From contig JACNKI010000223.1 in NCBI GenBank assembly GCA_014382125.1, positions 1 through 40,314 of the forward strand: a DNA stretch of 40,314 nt, given 5' to 3'. The notes under the pieces were generated by a model. That model ran no database searches. It was not told the DNA's origin and saw nothing but the letters and a program-made list of their open reading frames with translations. The position numbers and the translations under genes were made by a program. The stretch's first letter is position 1. Each line of letters begins with the position of its first letter. The DNA comes from Bacteroidota bacterium. GTDB lineage: Bacteria; Bacteroidota; Bacteroidia; Bacteroidales; FEN-979. Shown here one piece after another: positions 9,183-23,999 of the stretch.

Positions 9183-9566
9183 ATGGCAGACTTAAAAGCT
9201 TTTGCTGACCAATTAGTAAACCTGACTGTGAAAGAGGTCAGTGAATTGTCAGGAATCCTGAAAGACGAATATGGTATCGAGCCCGCTGCAGCGGCTGTAG
9301 CTGTTGCTGCTCCCGCTGCTGGAGGCGCTGAAGGTGGTGATGCCGCCGAAGAGAAGAACACATTTGATGTCGTACTCAAGCATCCTGGACTAGCCAAACT
9401 GGCTGTCGTAAAACTCGTGAAAGAACTCACAAGCCTCGGCCTTAAAGAGGCCAAAGAACTAGTAGATGCTTCACCAAAAGCAATCAAGGAAGGTGTAACC
9501 AAAGATGAAGCACAAGCATTGATGAACCAATTGACGGAGGCAGGTGCAGAGGTTGAAATTAAATAA
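9183..9566 (+). CDS. rplL: 50S ribosomal protein L7/L12 (bL12)
   Basis: 127-aa ORF with an Ala-rich hinge and the C-terminal [19 protein letters not shown] domain. Confidence 0.97.
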   Translation: MADLKAFADQLVNLTVKEVSELSGILKDEYGIEPAAAAVAVAAPAAGGAEGGDAAEEKNTFDVVLKHPGLAKLAVVKLVKELTSLGLKEAKELVDASPKAIKEGVTKDEAQALMNQLTEAGAEVEIK

Positions 9567-9601
9567 AGCATACTTTCTCATTCCTAATTAGTTGTAGGCA
9601 T

Positions 9602-9618
9602 TCCCCTAATATGGGGGG
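9602..9618 (+). terminator. Candidate attenuator hairpin after rplL (CCCC-TAATAT-GGGG core with flanking U.G pairs)
   Basis: Read directly. A T-rich tract follows but is not contiguous. Analogous position to the E. coli rplL-rpoB attenuator. Confidence 0.3.
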
Positions 9619-9662
9619 AGTCTTTCACTTGTTTATTGAAAGTTCAATTAATTTCTTAACCT

Positions 9663-9680
9663 GTTCCGCCAGGGCGGAAC
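9663..9680 (+). promoter_or_regulatory. Perfect 7-bp hairpin GTTCCGC-CAGG-GCGGAAC, 15 nt upstream of the rpoB start
   Basis: Read directly. There is no U-tract, so it is not a terminator. It may be a processing or translational-control element. Confidence 0.35.
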
Positions 9681-9695
9681 GTAAAAACAAAGACC

Positions 9696-12600
9696 TTGGC
9701 TTCAAACAAAACACAAAGAGTCAGTTTCACATCTGCTAAGATTCAGGCTGAATATCCCGATTTCCTCGATGTTCAAATACAATCTTTCAAAGATTTTTTT
9801 CAACTCGAAACAAATCCGGAGAACAGGATCAACGAAGGTCTGTTTAGAGTTTTTTCTGAGAACTTTCCTATTTCGGATACCAGGAATAATTTCGTACTTG
9901 AGTTTCTTGATTACTTCATTGACCCTCCCCGATATTCGATTGAGGAGTGTATTGAGCGTGGACTGACATACAGTGTCCCGCTTAAAGCCAAATTGAAACT
10001 CTATTGTACGGACCCTGATCATGAGGATTTTGAAACAATTATTCAGGATGTCTACCTGGGTATGATTCCCTACATGACCCCGCGAGGGACATTTGTTATT
10101 AACGGGGCAGAACGGATTATTGTTTCTCAACTCCACAGGTCACCTGGTGTCTTTTTCAGTACCAGTTACCACGCCAATGGAGTGCAACTCTATTCAGCAC
10201 GAATCATTCCGTTCAAAGGTTCCTGGATCGAGTTCACGACCGATATCAACAATGTCATGTATGCCTACATCGACCGGAAGAAGAAGTTACCCGTAACGAC
10301 ATTGCTGCGTGCCATCGGATTCGAAACGGATAAAGATATTCTTGAGATTTTCAACCTGGCACATGAGATCAAAGTCAGCAAAACCACGCTGAAAAAAGCC
10401 ATCGGGTCCAAACTGGCTGCCCGCGTCGTACGCACCTGGATAGAAGACTTTGTTGATGAAGACACTGGTGAAGTGGTTTCCATTGAGCGCACGGAGGTAA
10501 TCATTGAACGGGAGACCATCCTGGAACCTGAGCATGTGGATATGATCGTCGATGCCGGCATCAAAACAATCCTGATCCATACTGCAGATTCATTGACAAC
10601 AGACTTCTCAATCATTTTCAATACCCTGCAGAAGGACCCCGCCAACTCGGAAAAAGAGGCCGTTGAGTTTATTTACAGGCAACTGCGCAATGCCGAACCT
10701 CCTGATGAAGAGACTGCCCGCGGGATCATCGATAAGCTATTTTTCTCTGATAAGCGATACGACCTGGGTGATGTTGGAAGATACCGGATCAACAGGAAAC
10801 TTGGGCTCAATACACCGATGGATACGAAAGTACTCACTAAAGAGGACATCATCTCCATCATCAAATACTTAATCGAACTGGTTAACTCCAAAGCTGAGAT
10901 TGACGATATCGATCACCTCAGTAACCGGCGTGTACGTACGGTTGGCGAGCAACTGTATAACCAGTTTGGCGTAGGACTGTCGCGAATGGCACGGACCATC
11001 CGTGAACGAATGAATGTACGTGATAACGAGGTATTTACACCGACAGACCTGATCAACGCCAAGACATTATCATCTGTGATTAACACCTTTTTCGGGACCA
11101 ATCAACTATCCCAGTTCATGGACCAGACAAATCCTCTGGCCGAACTTACTCATAAGCGCCGGATTTCGGCTTTGGGCCCGGGCGGTCTCTCAAGGGAACG
11201 GGCTGGTTTTGAGGTGCGTGACGTCCACTACACTCACTATGGTCGTCTTTGTACCATCGAAACACCGGAAGGGCCAAATATCGGACTGATCTCTTCACTG
11301 TGTGTTTATGCCAAAATTGACCGGCTCGGATTTATTGAGACCCCTTACCGGAAGGTAAATGAAGGAAAGGTGGCACTCACCGAAGCTCCTATCTATCTCA
11401 CTGCGGAAGAGGAGGAGAATAAAATTATCGCCCAGGCAAGTACGTCGATTGATGAGAAAGGCAGCCTGATGGAAGAGCGCGTTAAAGTAAGATATCTTGC
11501 CGACTACCCGATCATCGAAAAGACGAAAGTCGACCTGATTGATATTGCCCCGAACCAGATCGCATCCATAGCGGCATCATTGATCCCTTTCCTGGAGCAT
11601 GATGATGCCAACCGGGCCCTGATGGGTTCTAACATGATGCGTCAGGCGGTACCATTGCTTAATCCCGAGGTAGCAATCGTTGGGACTGGGATCGAAGATA
11701 TCGTTGCGGAAGACTCTCGGGTACTTATCAACGCTGAGGGAAATGGAACTATTGAGAGTGTGGATGCGGATGAGATCGTGATCAAGTACGACAGAAGCGA
11801 AAAAGAGCGCAAGGTCAGCTTTGACGACGACTTAAAAACATATAAGCTGACTAAGTTTACAAGAACCAATCAGAATACATGTATCAACCTTCGTCCTATT
11901 GTTAGAAAAGGCGATGCGGTAGTTCAAGGTCAGGTGTTATGTGAAGGCTATGCTACCCAGGACGGCGAACTGGCTCTGGGCCGGAACCTGATGGTGGCTT
12001 TCATGCCGTGGAAAGGATACAATTTTGAAGATGCTATTGTCATCTCCGAGAAGGTAGTGAAAGAGGATATTTTCACCTCGATTCACATCGAGGAGTTTAC
12101 CCTTGAAGTACGTGACACTAAGCGTGGCGTGGAGGAGCTTACGAACGATATCCCCAATGTCAGTGCGGAGGCAACCAAAGATCTGGACGAGCATGGATTG
12201 ATCCGGATCGGTGCAGAGGTAAATGAAGGAGATATTCTCATCGGAAAGATCACACCGAAAGGGGAGAGCGATCCGACACCTGAAGAGAAACTCCTTCGTG
12301 CTATTTTCGGCGATAAAGCCGGCGATGTGAAAGATGCTTCCCTGAAAGCCCCTCCTTCCATGAAGGGTGTGGTGATCGAGAAGAAGCTTTTCTCACGTAT
12401 CATCAAGGATAGAAAAGCCAAAGTTAAGGAGAAAGAAGATCTGAAAAAGATTGATGATGAGCTCCTGAAAGAAGAGGAGAAGCTGAAAGCTAAACTCATT
12501 GAGAAACTGGGTCTCATTGTTAACGGAAAGATGTCTCAGGGTGTAGTGAACAATTTTAAGGCTGAGGTTATTCCGAAAGGGACCAAGTTCTCTCAGAAGG

Positions 12601-13502
12601 TATTGGTAGAAGTGGATTACAATGTGGTGAATCCCAACAAATGGACCACAGATAAGGAGAAGAACGAGATGGTGAAGATCCTGATCAACAACTTCATCAT
12701 CAAGCACAAAGAGTTGCTCGGACAGTACAACAGGATTAAGTTCACATCCATGGTAGGAGACGATTTGCCTGCCGGAATTATGAAGATGGCCAAGGTATAT
12801 ATCGCCAAGAAACGAAAACTGAAGGTTGGGGATAAAATGGCCGGTCGTCACGGAAATAAAGGCATCGTTGCCAAGATTGTCCGGGAAGAAGATATGCCAT
12901 TCCTGGAAGACGGTAAACCGGTAGATGTCGTCCTCAATCCGCTTGGTGTGCCTTCCAGGATGAACCTCGGCCAGATTTATGAAACCATTCTTGGATGGGC
13001 CGGGAAGAACTTAGGGATGCGTTTTACCTCCCCGATCTTCAACGGAGCCACACAGGATCAGATTAATGAATACCTGCGTCAGGCAAATCTTCCTGAGAAC
13101 GGAAAAGTTTACCTCTACGACGGACTGACTGGTGACCGTTTCGATCAGCCCACTACAGTTGGTTACATCTATATTCTGAAACTCCACCACATGGTAGATG
13201 ATAAGATGCATGCCCGTTCCATCGGTCCCTATTCGTTGATTACGCAGCAACCCCTTGGCGGGAAAGCTCAGTTTGGTGGTCAGCGGTTTGGTGAGATGGA
13301 GGTATGGGCACTCGAAGCTTTTGGCGCTGCCAACATCCTGCTTGAGATCCAGACGGTGAAATCGGATGATGTGATCGGACGGGCCAAGGCTTATGAAGCC
13401 ATCGTTAAAGGGGATAACATGCCGACACCGGGTGTCCCCGAATCCTTCAATGTATTGATCCACGAGCTGAGAGGTCTTGGCCTCAATGTCAATTTTAACT
13501 AG
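9696..13502 (+). CDS. rpoB: DNA-directed RNA polymerase subunit beta
   Basis: 1268-aa ORF with canonical beta motifs ([34 protein letters not shown]). TTG start at 9696: no ATG or GTG lies between the upstream in-frame stop (9657-9659) and the conserved N-terminus. Confidence 0.99.
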   Translation: MASNKTQRVSFTSAKIQAEYPDFLDVQIQSFKDFFQLETNPENRINEGLFRVFSENFPISDTRNNFVLEFLDYFIDPPRYSIEECIERGLTYSVPLKAKLKLYCTDPDHEDFETIIQDVYLGMIPYMTPRGTFVINGAERIIVSQLHRSPGVFFSTSYHANGVQLYSARIIPFKGSWIEFTTDINNVMYAYIDRKKKLPVTTLLRAIGFETDKDILEIFNLAHEIKVSKTTLKKAIGSKLAARVVRTWIEDFVDEDTGEVVSIERTEVIIERETILEPEHVDMIVDAGIKTILIHTADSLTTDFSIIFNTLQKDPANSEKEAVEFIYRQLRNAEPPDEETARGIIDKLFFSDKRYDLGDVGRYRINRKLGLNTPMDTKVLTKEDIISIIKYLIELVNSKAEIDDIDHLSNRRVRTVGEQLYNQFGVGLSRMARTIRERMNVRDNEVFTPTDLINAKTLSSVINTFFGTNQLSQFMDQTNPLAELTHKRRISALGPGGLSRERAGFEVRDVHYTHYGRLCTIETPEGPNIGLISSLCVYAKIDRLGFIETPYRKVNEGKVALTEAPIYLTAEEEENKIIAQASTSIDEKGSLMEERVKVRYLADYPIIEKTKVDLIDIAPNQIASIAASLIPFLEHDDANRALMGSNMMRQAVPLLNPEVAIVGTGIEDIVAEDSRVLINAEGNGTIESVDADEIVIKYDRSEKERKVSFDDDLKTYKLTKFTRTNQNTCINLRPIVRKGDAVVQGQVLCEGYATQDGELALGRNLMVAFMPWKGYNFEDAIVISEKVVKEDIFTSIHIEEFTLEVRDTKRGVEELTNDIPNVSAEATKDLDEHGLIRIGAEVNEGDILIGKITPKGESDPTPEEKLLRAIFGDKAGDVKDASLKAPPSMKGVVIEKKLFSRIIKDRKAKVKEKEDLKKIDDELLKEEEKLKAKLIEKLGLIVNGKMSQGVVNNFKAEVIPKGTKFSQKVLVEVDYNVVNPNKWTTDKEKNEMVKILINNFIIKHKELLGQYNRIKFTSMVGDDLPAGIMKMAKVYIAKKRKLKVGDKMAGRHGNKGIVAKIVREEDMPFLEDGKPVDVVLNPLGVPSRMNLGQIYETILGWAGKNLGMRFTSPIFNGATQDQINEYLRQANLPENGKVYLYDGLTGDRFDQPTTVGYIYILKLHHMVDDKMHARSIGPYSLITQQPLGGKAQFGGQRFGEMEVWALEAFGAANILLEIQTVKSDDVIGRAKAYEAIVKGDNMPTPGVPESFNVLIHELRGLGLNVNFN

Positions 13503-13553
13503 GGATCATTCATGGTAATGAATAGTTTGTATTAATCGTCAATCAGCATACAT

Positions 13554-17840
<4,287 letters not shown>

Positions 17841-17854
17841 ACAAATAGTTCATT

Positions 17855-18166
17855 ATGCAAGATAAAAACAACCCGCAACAGCAGCTCAATATCGAGCTTC
17901 CTGACGAAGTTAGTGAGGGGATCTATTCAAACCTTGCCATCATTACTCATTCTCCTTCAGAATTCATCGTCGATTTTGTGCAGATGATGCCCGGAGTCCC
18001 TAAAGCAAAAGTGAAATCCAGGATTATTCTGACTCCGCAACATGCCAAACGGCTTTATAAAGCTCTGAAAGACAATATCTCCAAGTATGAAGCACAGCAC
18101 GGGGAGATAAAAGATATCGGCGGCAACCAGCCGTTTAACATCGGAACACCTACTGCACAAGCCTAA
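17855..18166 (+). CDS. DUF3467-family small protein
   Basis: 103-aa ORF starting 14 nt after the rpoC stop. SNLAIITHSPSEFIVDF... matches my recollection of the DUF3467 family, which I recall as being linked to rpoC in Bacteroidota. Confidence 0.7.
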   Translation: MQDKNNPQQQLNIELPDEVSEGIYSNLAIITHSPSEFIVDFVQMMPGVPKAKVKSRIILTPQHAKRLYKALKDNISKYEAQHGEIKDIGGNQPFNIGTPTAQA

Positions 18167-18205
18167 GACTGAATTTTTTTTTTTACTTTCGTTCGGTTGT
18201 TTCTT

Positions 18206-18997
18206 ATGAACCCGATCCGAAATATTATTGTCCTTGGAGCTGGCAATGTGGCTACTCATCTTACCAGGGCCCTGGTAAGCAAAGGTTTTTCCATTACACA
18301 GTTGTATAATCCATCGGAAGAGAGAGGTAGAACACTTGCCTCAAAAGTGAAAGCGGGTTACATTGGATCACCAGAAAATCTTGACAGATCGGCTGATCTC
18401 TATATCCTGGCCGTCAGTGATGATGCCATCGCCACACTGGCTTCCCGGTTACATGTCGATTCCGGAATTGTTGTGCATACATCAGGTTCCAAAGGAATGG
18501 ATATTCTCCAGCCATTCTTTTCACATAGCGGGGTCTTTTATCCCTTGCAAACATTCATGCAAGAGAGGGAGATCTCGTTTAATTCCATCCCCATCTGTAT
18601 CGAAGCAAGCGATCGTACAGATGAGAATAGCCTGCTGGATTTCGCCGGTCAACTGAGCTCTTGTGTTCACCTGATCAACTCTGATCAACGGAGGATTCTG
18701 CACATGACCGCTGTTTTTGCCGGGAATTTCTCCAATTTCATGTATTCGATCGCAGAGGATTTGCTCGAGAAACACAACATCCCCTTCGACCTGCTTAAGC
18801 CACTAATCAGGCAAACTGCTGAGAATATTGAGCATGCAGATCTCTTCTCACTGCAAACCGGTCCGGCTGTGCGGCAAGATTCAGAGATCATGGAGGAGCA
18901 CAGGGCGCTGCTGACTGACCATGATCTGTACAAAAAAATTTATGACCTGATCAGTATAAGTATCATTCAACAAAAGAATAAACATGACAAACTATAA
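18206..18997 (+). CDS. Rossmann-like NAD(P)-binding / DUF2520 domain protein
   Basis: N-terminal IIVLGAGNVATHL dinucleotide-binding motif. ATG 18206 is preferred over the track TTG 18197. Confidence 0.7.
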   Translation: MNPIRNIIVLGAGNVATHLTRALVSKGFSITQLYNPSEERGRTLASKVKAGYIGSPENLDRSADLYILAVSDDAIATLASRLHVDSGIVVHTSGSKGMDILQPFFSHSGVFYPLQTFMQEREISFNSIPICIEASDRTDENSLLDFAGQLSSCVHLINSDQRRILHMTAVFAGNFSNFMYSIAEDLLEKHNIPFDLLKPLIRQTAENIEHADLFSLQTGPAVRQDSEIMEEHRALLTDHDLYKKIYDLISISIIQQKNKHDKL

Positions 18998-19505
18998 AGC
19001 ACAACTGAAAAAGGTCAAAACCTTTATTTTCGATTACGACGGCGTGCTAACAGAAGGGACAATAATCATGACGGAGCAGGGCGAGGCGTTGCGCATCTCC
19101 AACATCAAAGATGGTTATGCACTTCAGCTGGCTGTTAAAATGGGATACCGGATAGCGATCATCTCCGGAGCCAGATCGAAGTCGATGGAGCATCGTCTGA
19201 AAGCCCTGCAAATCACGGATGTTTTTCTGGGAGTTGGGAACAAACTGGAAACCTTTCATACCTATCTTCGTAACAACTCCATAGATCCTTCTGAAGTACT
19301 CTTCATGGGCGACGATATCCCTGATTACCAGATCATGAGGGAGGTAGGGATGCCGACTTGTCCGGCTGATGCTGCAGAAGAGATAAAAAAAATGGCGCGA
19401 TACATTAGTCATGTGCCTGGTGGAAAAGGGTGTGTTCGTGATGTTATTGAGCAGGTAATGAAGGTTCAGGGAAAATGGATGACCGATGATGCATTCTTCT
19501 GGTAA
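18984..19505 (+). CDS. kdsC: KDO 8-phosphate phosphatase (HAD-IIIA)
   Basis: FIFDYDGVLT HAD motif I and GDDIPD motif IV, 173 aa. Overlaps the upstream gene by 14 nt. Confidence 0.85.
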   Translation: MTNYKAQLKKVKTFIFDYDGVLTEGTIIMTEQGEALRISNIKDGYALQLAVKMGYRIAIISGARSKSMEHRLKALQITDVFLGVGNKLETFHTYLRNNSIDPSEVLFMGDDIPDYQIMREVGMPTCPADAAEEIKKMARYISHVPGGKGCVRDVIEQVMKVQGKWMTDDAFFW

Positions 19506-20469
19506 TAAGATCTCCGTATGGAGATGGCTGACGGGACTGGCACAATTTGTCAGGTTTCCAAACCTCGTGATCGTGGTCCTCATTGAGTTTTTATTGAGAT
19601 ACGCTATCCTGAAACCCATTCTCTTCGGCGGTGCTTATGAATATATGACAAGCCTAACTGATTTCATCATTTTCGTGATAACCACCCTGCTACTGGCTAT
19701 TGGAGGGTATGTGATAAACGACTATTTCGACATCAAGATTGATCGGGTCAACCGGCCTGACCAGGTGGTCGTATCCCGCATCATAGCGCCTCATGCAGCG
19801 ATGAAGATCCACCTGGCAGTGAATTTCATCGCTGTGATCCTTGGATTTTACCTGGCCTACAGGATTCAATCCTTCTGGTTTGGCCTGTTATTCCCATGCG
19901 GGGCGTTTTTTTTCTGGTTCTATTCAGCCCGCTGGAAGCAGCTTCTGATCTGGAAAAATCTGATTGTGGCATTTATCTCTGCCTTACTTGTCATGTTGGT
20001 GCTCTTGTTTGAATTTTTTCACCTGCGTCTCTATCCGGATTATTTCGCTGAGGTGATGGGCAAACTGAATGGAATTTTCATGATCTTCCTGGGATATGCA
20101 GGTTTCGCTTTCCTTGTGAGCCTCTTCCGGGAGGTGATCAAAGACATGGAAGACCTTCAGGGAGATGAGCAATATGGAACTCGATCCCTGCCGGCTGTTA
20201 TCGGGATCAACTGGTCGAAGAGTATTGTTATCGGTTTGATAGTTCTCACGATGGTTCTCCTGGGATATTGCCAGGTAGTTATCTTCCGGTTCGGGCTGGA
20301 GATGTTATTCTGGTATTTTATGATAGCAGTTCAGGTGCCGGCGATAGTTTTGATCATGACTATTATTCGTGCAAAGGAGAAAAAGAATTTTCATCTGGCC
20401 AGTTGGTTAGCCAAACTGATTATGCTTACAGGAATACTCTCCATGGTTTTTCTCTCAATAAGTTACTGA
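19486..20469 (+). CDS. UbiA-family integral-membrane prenyltransferase (DGGGP-synthase-like)
   Basis: About 8-9 hydrophobic segments. Asp-rich motifs NDYFDIKIDRVNRP and KDMEDLQGDEQYG. Confidence 0.8.
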   Translation: MMHSSGNKISVWRWLTGLAQFVRFPNLVIVVLIEFLLRYAILKPILFGGAYEYMTSLTDFIIFVITTLLLAIGGYVINDYFDIKIDRVNRPDQVVVSRIIAPHAAMKIHLAVNFIAVILGFYLAYRIQSFWFGLLFPCGAFFFWFYSARWKQLLIWKNLIVAFISALLVMLVLLFEFFHLRLYPDYFAEVMGKLNGIFMIFLGYAGFAFLVSLFREVIKDMEDLQGDEQYGTRSLPAVIGINWSKSIVIGLIVLTMVLLGYCQVVIFRFGLEMLFWYFMIAVQVPAIVLIMTIIRAKEKKNFHLASWLAKLIMLTGILSMVFLSISY

Positions 20470-20470
20470 T

Positions 20471-21070
20471 ATGATCAACAAGCGATTAGAGGGCTTCAAG
20501 ATCATCCTGGCTTCCCGCTCTCCTCGCAGGCAATATTTACTTAAAGAGTTAGGATTAGATTTTGAGATCATTCCCACTGATGTGCAGGAGAGCTATCCGG
20601 ATACATTAACACCTGTTCAGATCGCTTGCTTTTTAGCCGATCAGAAAGCCGATACATTTGATACCTCGGGAATGGAGACGAAGATGATCGTGATCGCAGC
20701 AGATACCATCGTCTCCCTCCATGGAGAGATTCTCGGAAAACCAGGAAGCTATCAGGAGGCTGTGACTATGCTGAAGAAGCTCTCCGGAAAAAGGCATGAA
20801 GTGATTACAGGGGTCTGTATCAAATCCCGCCATAAGAAAAATAGCTTCTATGTCACCTCCCGGGTCTGTTTCAAAGAGCTCTGCGACAAAGAGATCGACT
20901 ACTATGTGAATCATTTCAGACCTTTCGATAAGGCAGGCGGATATGGAATCCAGGAGTGGATCGGATATATCGGGATCAGCAAGATAGAGGGATCCTTCTT
21001 CAACGTAATGGGTCTTCCGGTGAAAGAGGTTTATGAAGAGCTGCTCAAAAATTATTCCTACCTTTGCTGA
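20471..21070 (+). CDS. maf: Maf-like nucleoside-triphosphate pyrophosphatase
   Basis: ILASRSPRRQYLLKELGL... and the GAYGIQ-like GGYGIQE motif. Confidence 0.9.
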   Translation: MINKRLEGFKIILASRSPRRQYLLKELGLDFEIIPTDVQESYPDTLTPVQIACFLADQKADTFDTSGMETKMIVIAADTIVSLHGEILGKPGSYQEAVTMLKKLSGKRHEVITGVCIKSRHKKNSFYVTSRVCFKELCDKEIDYYVNHFRPFDKAGGYGIQEWIGYIGISKIEGSFFNVMGLPVKEVYEELLKNYSYLC

Positions 21071-21087
21071 TGAAGATCAGTCGATAG

Positions 21088-21861
21088 ATGCAGGAGAAAC
21101 CCCTGATTTTAGTAACCAATGATGATGGCATCACAGCCTCAGGATTAAGAGCGCTTAGCGATGTTGTAAGGCCTATGGGTAACGTGATTGTGATTGCCCC
21201 TGACAAACCACAATCGGGCACTTCACATGCGGTTACGATGCATTTTCCGTTACGTCTCACCACGATACATAAAGAGGTTGGTTTTGAGAAATACAGTTGC
21301 AACGGAACACCTGCAGATTGTATAAAACTGGCCTACAAGGTGATCCTTGGCAGGAAACCAGACCTCCTCGTATCCGGGATTAATCATGGCTCAAATTCAT
21401 CCATTAACATCATCTACTCAGGAACGATGGCTGCGGTCTTTGAGGGTGCGATGGCGGGGGTGCCATCTATTGGCTTCTCCCTGCTCAACTCATCACCCAA
21501 TGCCGACTTTACCGCTTCTCGGATCTATGCCCAACAAATCATCCGTACTGTGTTGAAACAGAAACTTCCGAAAAGTACCTGCCTGAATGTGAATATTCCG
21601 CATGTGCCTCTGGATGAGATCAAAGGGATACGGATCTGCCGACAATCCAGCGGAACATGGATGGAGGACTTCGACATCCGTAAAGATCCGAAAGGACGGG
21701 AATATTACTGGATGAAAGGGACCTTTTCCCAGGCAGGCGAAGGGGAGGATACGGATGAATGGGCTCTGGAACACAAGTACGTTTCTGTAGTCCCTGCCAA
21801 CTATGATTTTACTGACTATCCGGCGATCAAGGAACTAAAACAGTGGGATTTCTCGTCCTGA
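21088..21861 (+). CDS. surE: 5'/3'-nucleotidase SurE
   Basis: ILVTNDDGITASGLRAL N-terminal motif and SGINHGSN. Confidence 0.92.
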   Translation: MQEKPLILVTNDDGITASGLRALSDVVRPMGNVIVIAPDKPQSGTSHAVTMHFPLRLTTIHKEVGFEKYSCNGTPADCIKLAYKVILGRKPDLLVSGINHGSNSSINIIYSGTMAAVFEGAMAGVPSIGFSLLNSSPNADFTASRIYAQQIIRTVLKQKLPKSTCLNVNIPHVPLDEIKGIRICRQSSGTWMEDFDIRKDPKGREYYWMKGTFSQAGEGEDTDEWALEHKYVSVVPANYDFTDYPAIKELKQWDFSS

Positions 21862-21869
21862 GCAGAACT

Positions 21870-22988
21870 ATGAGATACTATATTATTGCCGGGGAAGCAT
21901 CGGGTGATCTGCACGGATCGAACCTGATACTGGCATTGAAGGAGCGCGATAAAGATACTGTCATCCGTTGTTGGGGTGGTGATCTGATGCAGTGCGCCGG
22001 AGGTGAACTTGTCAGGCATTACCGCGACCTGGCTTATATGGGTTTCTGGGAGGTACTGGTCCATTTGAGGACCATTATGCGCAATTTGCGGTCTTGCGAG
22101 AGAGACCTTCTTGCTTTTCAGCCTGATGTGTTGATCCTGATTGACTACCCGGGTTTCAACCTTCGGATGGCAAAGTTTGCCAGGCGGCACGGGATAAAGG
22201 TCTTTTATTATATCTCTCCACAACTCTGGGCCTGGAAAAGTTCCCGGGTTAAAACGATCAAAGAGTGCGTCAGCAAAATGTTTGTGATCCTTCCTTTTGA
22301 ACCGGTATTTTACAATAAGTTTGACCATCAGGTCGATTTTGTCGGACATCCCTTGCTGGATGTTATCCACTCAAACCGGGATGTTGACAATCGGGATATT
22401 TTTCTGGAGCGAAATAACTTACCGGATAAACCGATCATAGCACTGTTGCCTGGCAGCCGTAAGCAGGAGATCAGGACAATGCTCCGTCGGATGATTGAAG
22501 TGATTCCTTCCTTTATGGACTACCAGTTTGTAATTGCCGGAGCGCCTTCCATCTCTCAGGAACTATATCACTCAATTATAAAGGATAGAGAGCTGAAAAT
22601 CGTAACTGGCCAGACATACGACCTGCTTGGCTACTCTGAAGCAGCGCTGGTTACCTCTGGAACGGCTACACTGGAAACTGCTCTACTTGGGGTGCCGGAG
22701 GTGGTTTGTTACAAAGGGAGTGCTCTCTCTTTCTGGATTGCAAGAAGGATTGTGAAGGTCGATTACATCTCCCTGGTAAACCTGGTTATGGGCAGGGAAG
22801 TTGTGAAAGAGCTTGTCCAGAATCTGCTGACGAGGAAAAATCTCATCCGGGAGCTAACCTTACTTTTCGATCCGGCCATCAGAACTGAAATGAAAAAAAG
22901 CTACGAAGAGCTAACGGAGAAACTTGGTGGACGTGGCGCTTCAGCACGTACGGCTGAGTTGATCGTACAATATTTAACCGATAATTAA
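21870..22988 (+). CDS. lpxB: Lipid-A-disaccharide synthase
   Basis: MRYYIIAGEASGDLHGSNLI... ATG 21870 is preferred over track GTG 21843, which overlaps surE. Confidence 0.9.
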   Translation: MRYYIIAGEASGDLHGSNLILALKERDKDTVIRCWGGDLMQCAGGELVRHYRDLAYMGFWEVLVHLRTIMRNLRSCERDLLAFQPDVLILIDYPGFNLRMAKFARRHGIKVFYYISPQLWAWKSSRVKTIKECVSKMFVILPFEPVFYNKFDHQVDFVGHPLLDVIHSNRDVDNRDIFLERNNLPDKPIIALLPGSRKQEIRTMLRRMIEVIPSFMDYQFVIAGAPSISQELYHSIIKDRELKIVTGQTYDLLGYSEAALVTSGTATLETALLGVPEVVCYKGSALSFWIARRIVKVDYISLVNLVMGREVVKELVQNLLTRKNLIRELTLLFDPAIRTEMKKSYEELTEKLGGRGASARTAELIVQYLTDN

Positions 22989-23016
22989 GTTTATATATAG
23001 ACAAAAAAAAAGACTA

Positions 23017-23970
23017 ATGAAGATACTATTTACCTTACGAGTTTCCCTTCTTTTCGTCATCCTTGGGATACTTACTTCCCCCTCGCTTGTGGCACAACAG
23101 AAAAAACCACAAGATGATCCGAAAGGACAGGCTGAAAAAAGTCTCATGCAAAAATCCCTGCGCACTGATACTATACCATCCACCATTTTTAGGCCGCGAA
23201 AGGTTCTTTCAGAGAAAGAGAAGAGAGCACAGCAACTTTATAAAGATGGTTCCTTGAAAGCAATAGAAGGTAATTACAGAGGAGCTATTGAAGATTTCAC
23301 TCAATCGCTGATGGTATTTGAAAACTGGAATACGTATTATAAAAGAGGATATGCCTATCTTATAGTGGAAGAATACCCGCTGGCCGTGCAGGATTTTACA
23401 GAGACAATGCGAATCAATCCCACCCAAACGGGGGCCATAGTTGGAAGAGGAATTGCCCGGTTTGAAATGGGAGACCATGTGGAAGCAGAATCCGATCTAC
23501 GGCAGTATATCGAACAGGTTAAATCCAATCCCATGGCTTTTGATTATTTGGCTGCAATCTGTTTCATGCGGAAGGATTACCAGTGTGCATTTGAGAACTA
23601 TTCTGAAGTTATCCGATGTGACTCAGTATACCCCGATGCCTACACCAACAGAGGCATGATCAAGCATTTGCTGGGTGATTACAAAGGGGCTTTGCAGGAT
23701 TACAATGTGGCGATCAAACAAACTCCGAATGATAAGAAGGCCTTTAACAACCGGGCAGCAGCAAAGATGTTGCTCAAAGATTATAACGGGGCACTGAGAG
23801 ATTTCGATCAGGCGCTCATGCTGGATCCTCTTTATGCTGATGCATGTAATAATCGGGGGAGGGTCAAATACTACCTTGGCGATATAGAAGGAGCCTGTGC
23901 TGATTGGCAAAAGGCACTTTCTTTTGGTATAGAGGCTTCCCGTGATCTGATTAACAAACACTGCAAATAA
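23017..23970 (+). CDS. Secreted TPR-repeat protein with a Cys-bracketed C-terminal motif
   Basis: Signal peptide (MKILFTLRVSLLFVILGILTSPSLVAQ) and multiple 34-aa TPR units (Y..RG.......Y..A..D...A). C-terminus GACADWQKALSFGIEASRDLINKHCK. Confidence 0.8.
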   Translation: MKILFTLRVSLLFVILGILTSPSLVAQQKKPQDDPKGQAEKSLMQKSLRTDTIPSTIFRPRKVLSEKEKRAQQLYKDGSLKAIEGNYRGAIEDFTQSLMVFENWNTYYKRGYAYLIVEEYPLAVQDFTETMRINPTQTGAIVGRGIARFEMGDHVEAESDLRQYIEQVKSNPMAFDYLAAICFMRKDYQCAFENYSEVIRCDSVYPDAYTNRGMIKHLLGDYKGALQDYNVAIKQTPNDKKAFNNRAAAKMLLKDYNGALRDFDQALMLDPLYADACNNRGRVKYYLGDIEGACADWQKALSFGIEASRDLINKHCK

Positions 23971-23999
23971 TCCAATATCGTTCTTGAGTTTTCTCTGTT

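Noticed and set aside
9281-9360. GCN-rich quasi-repeat in rplL
   Set aside because: It encodes the normal Ala/Gly-rich flexible hinge of L7/L12.
12390-12800. Lys/Glu-rich low-complexity stretch in rpoB as a possible inserted element
   Set aside because: It is in-frame and lies at the position of the lineage-variable beta-subunit insertion. There is no nucleotide periodicity and no flanking repeats, which is consistent with a normal lineage-specific sequence insertion.
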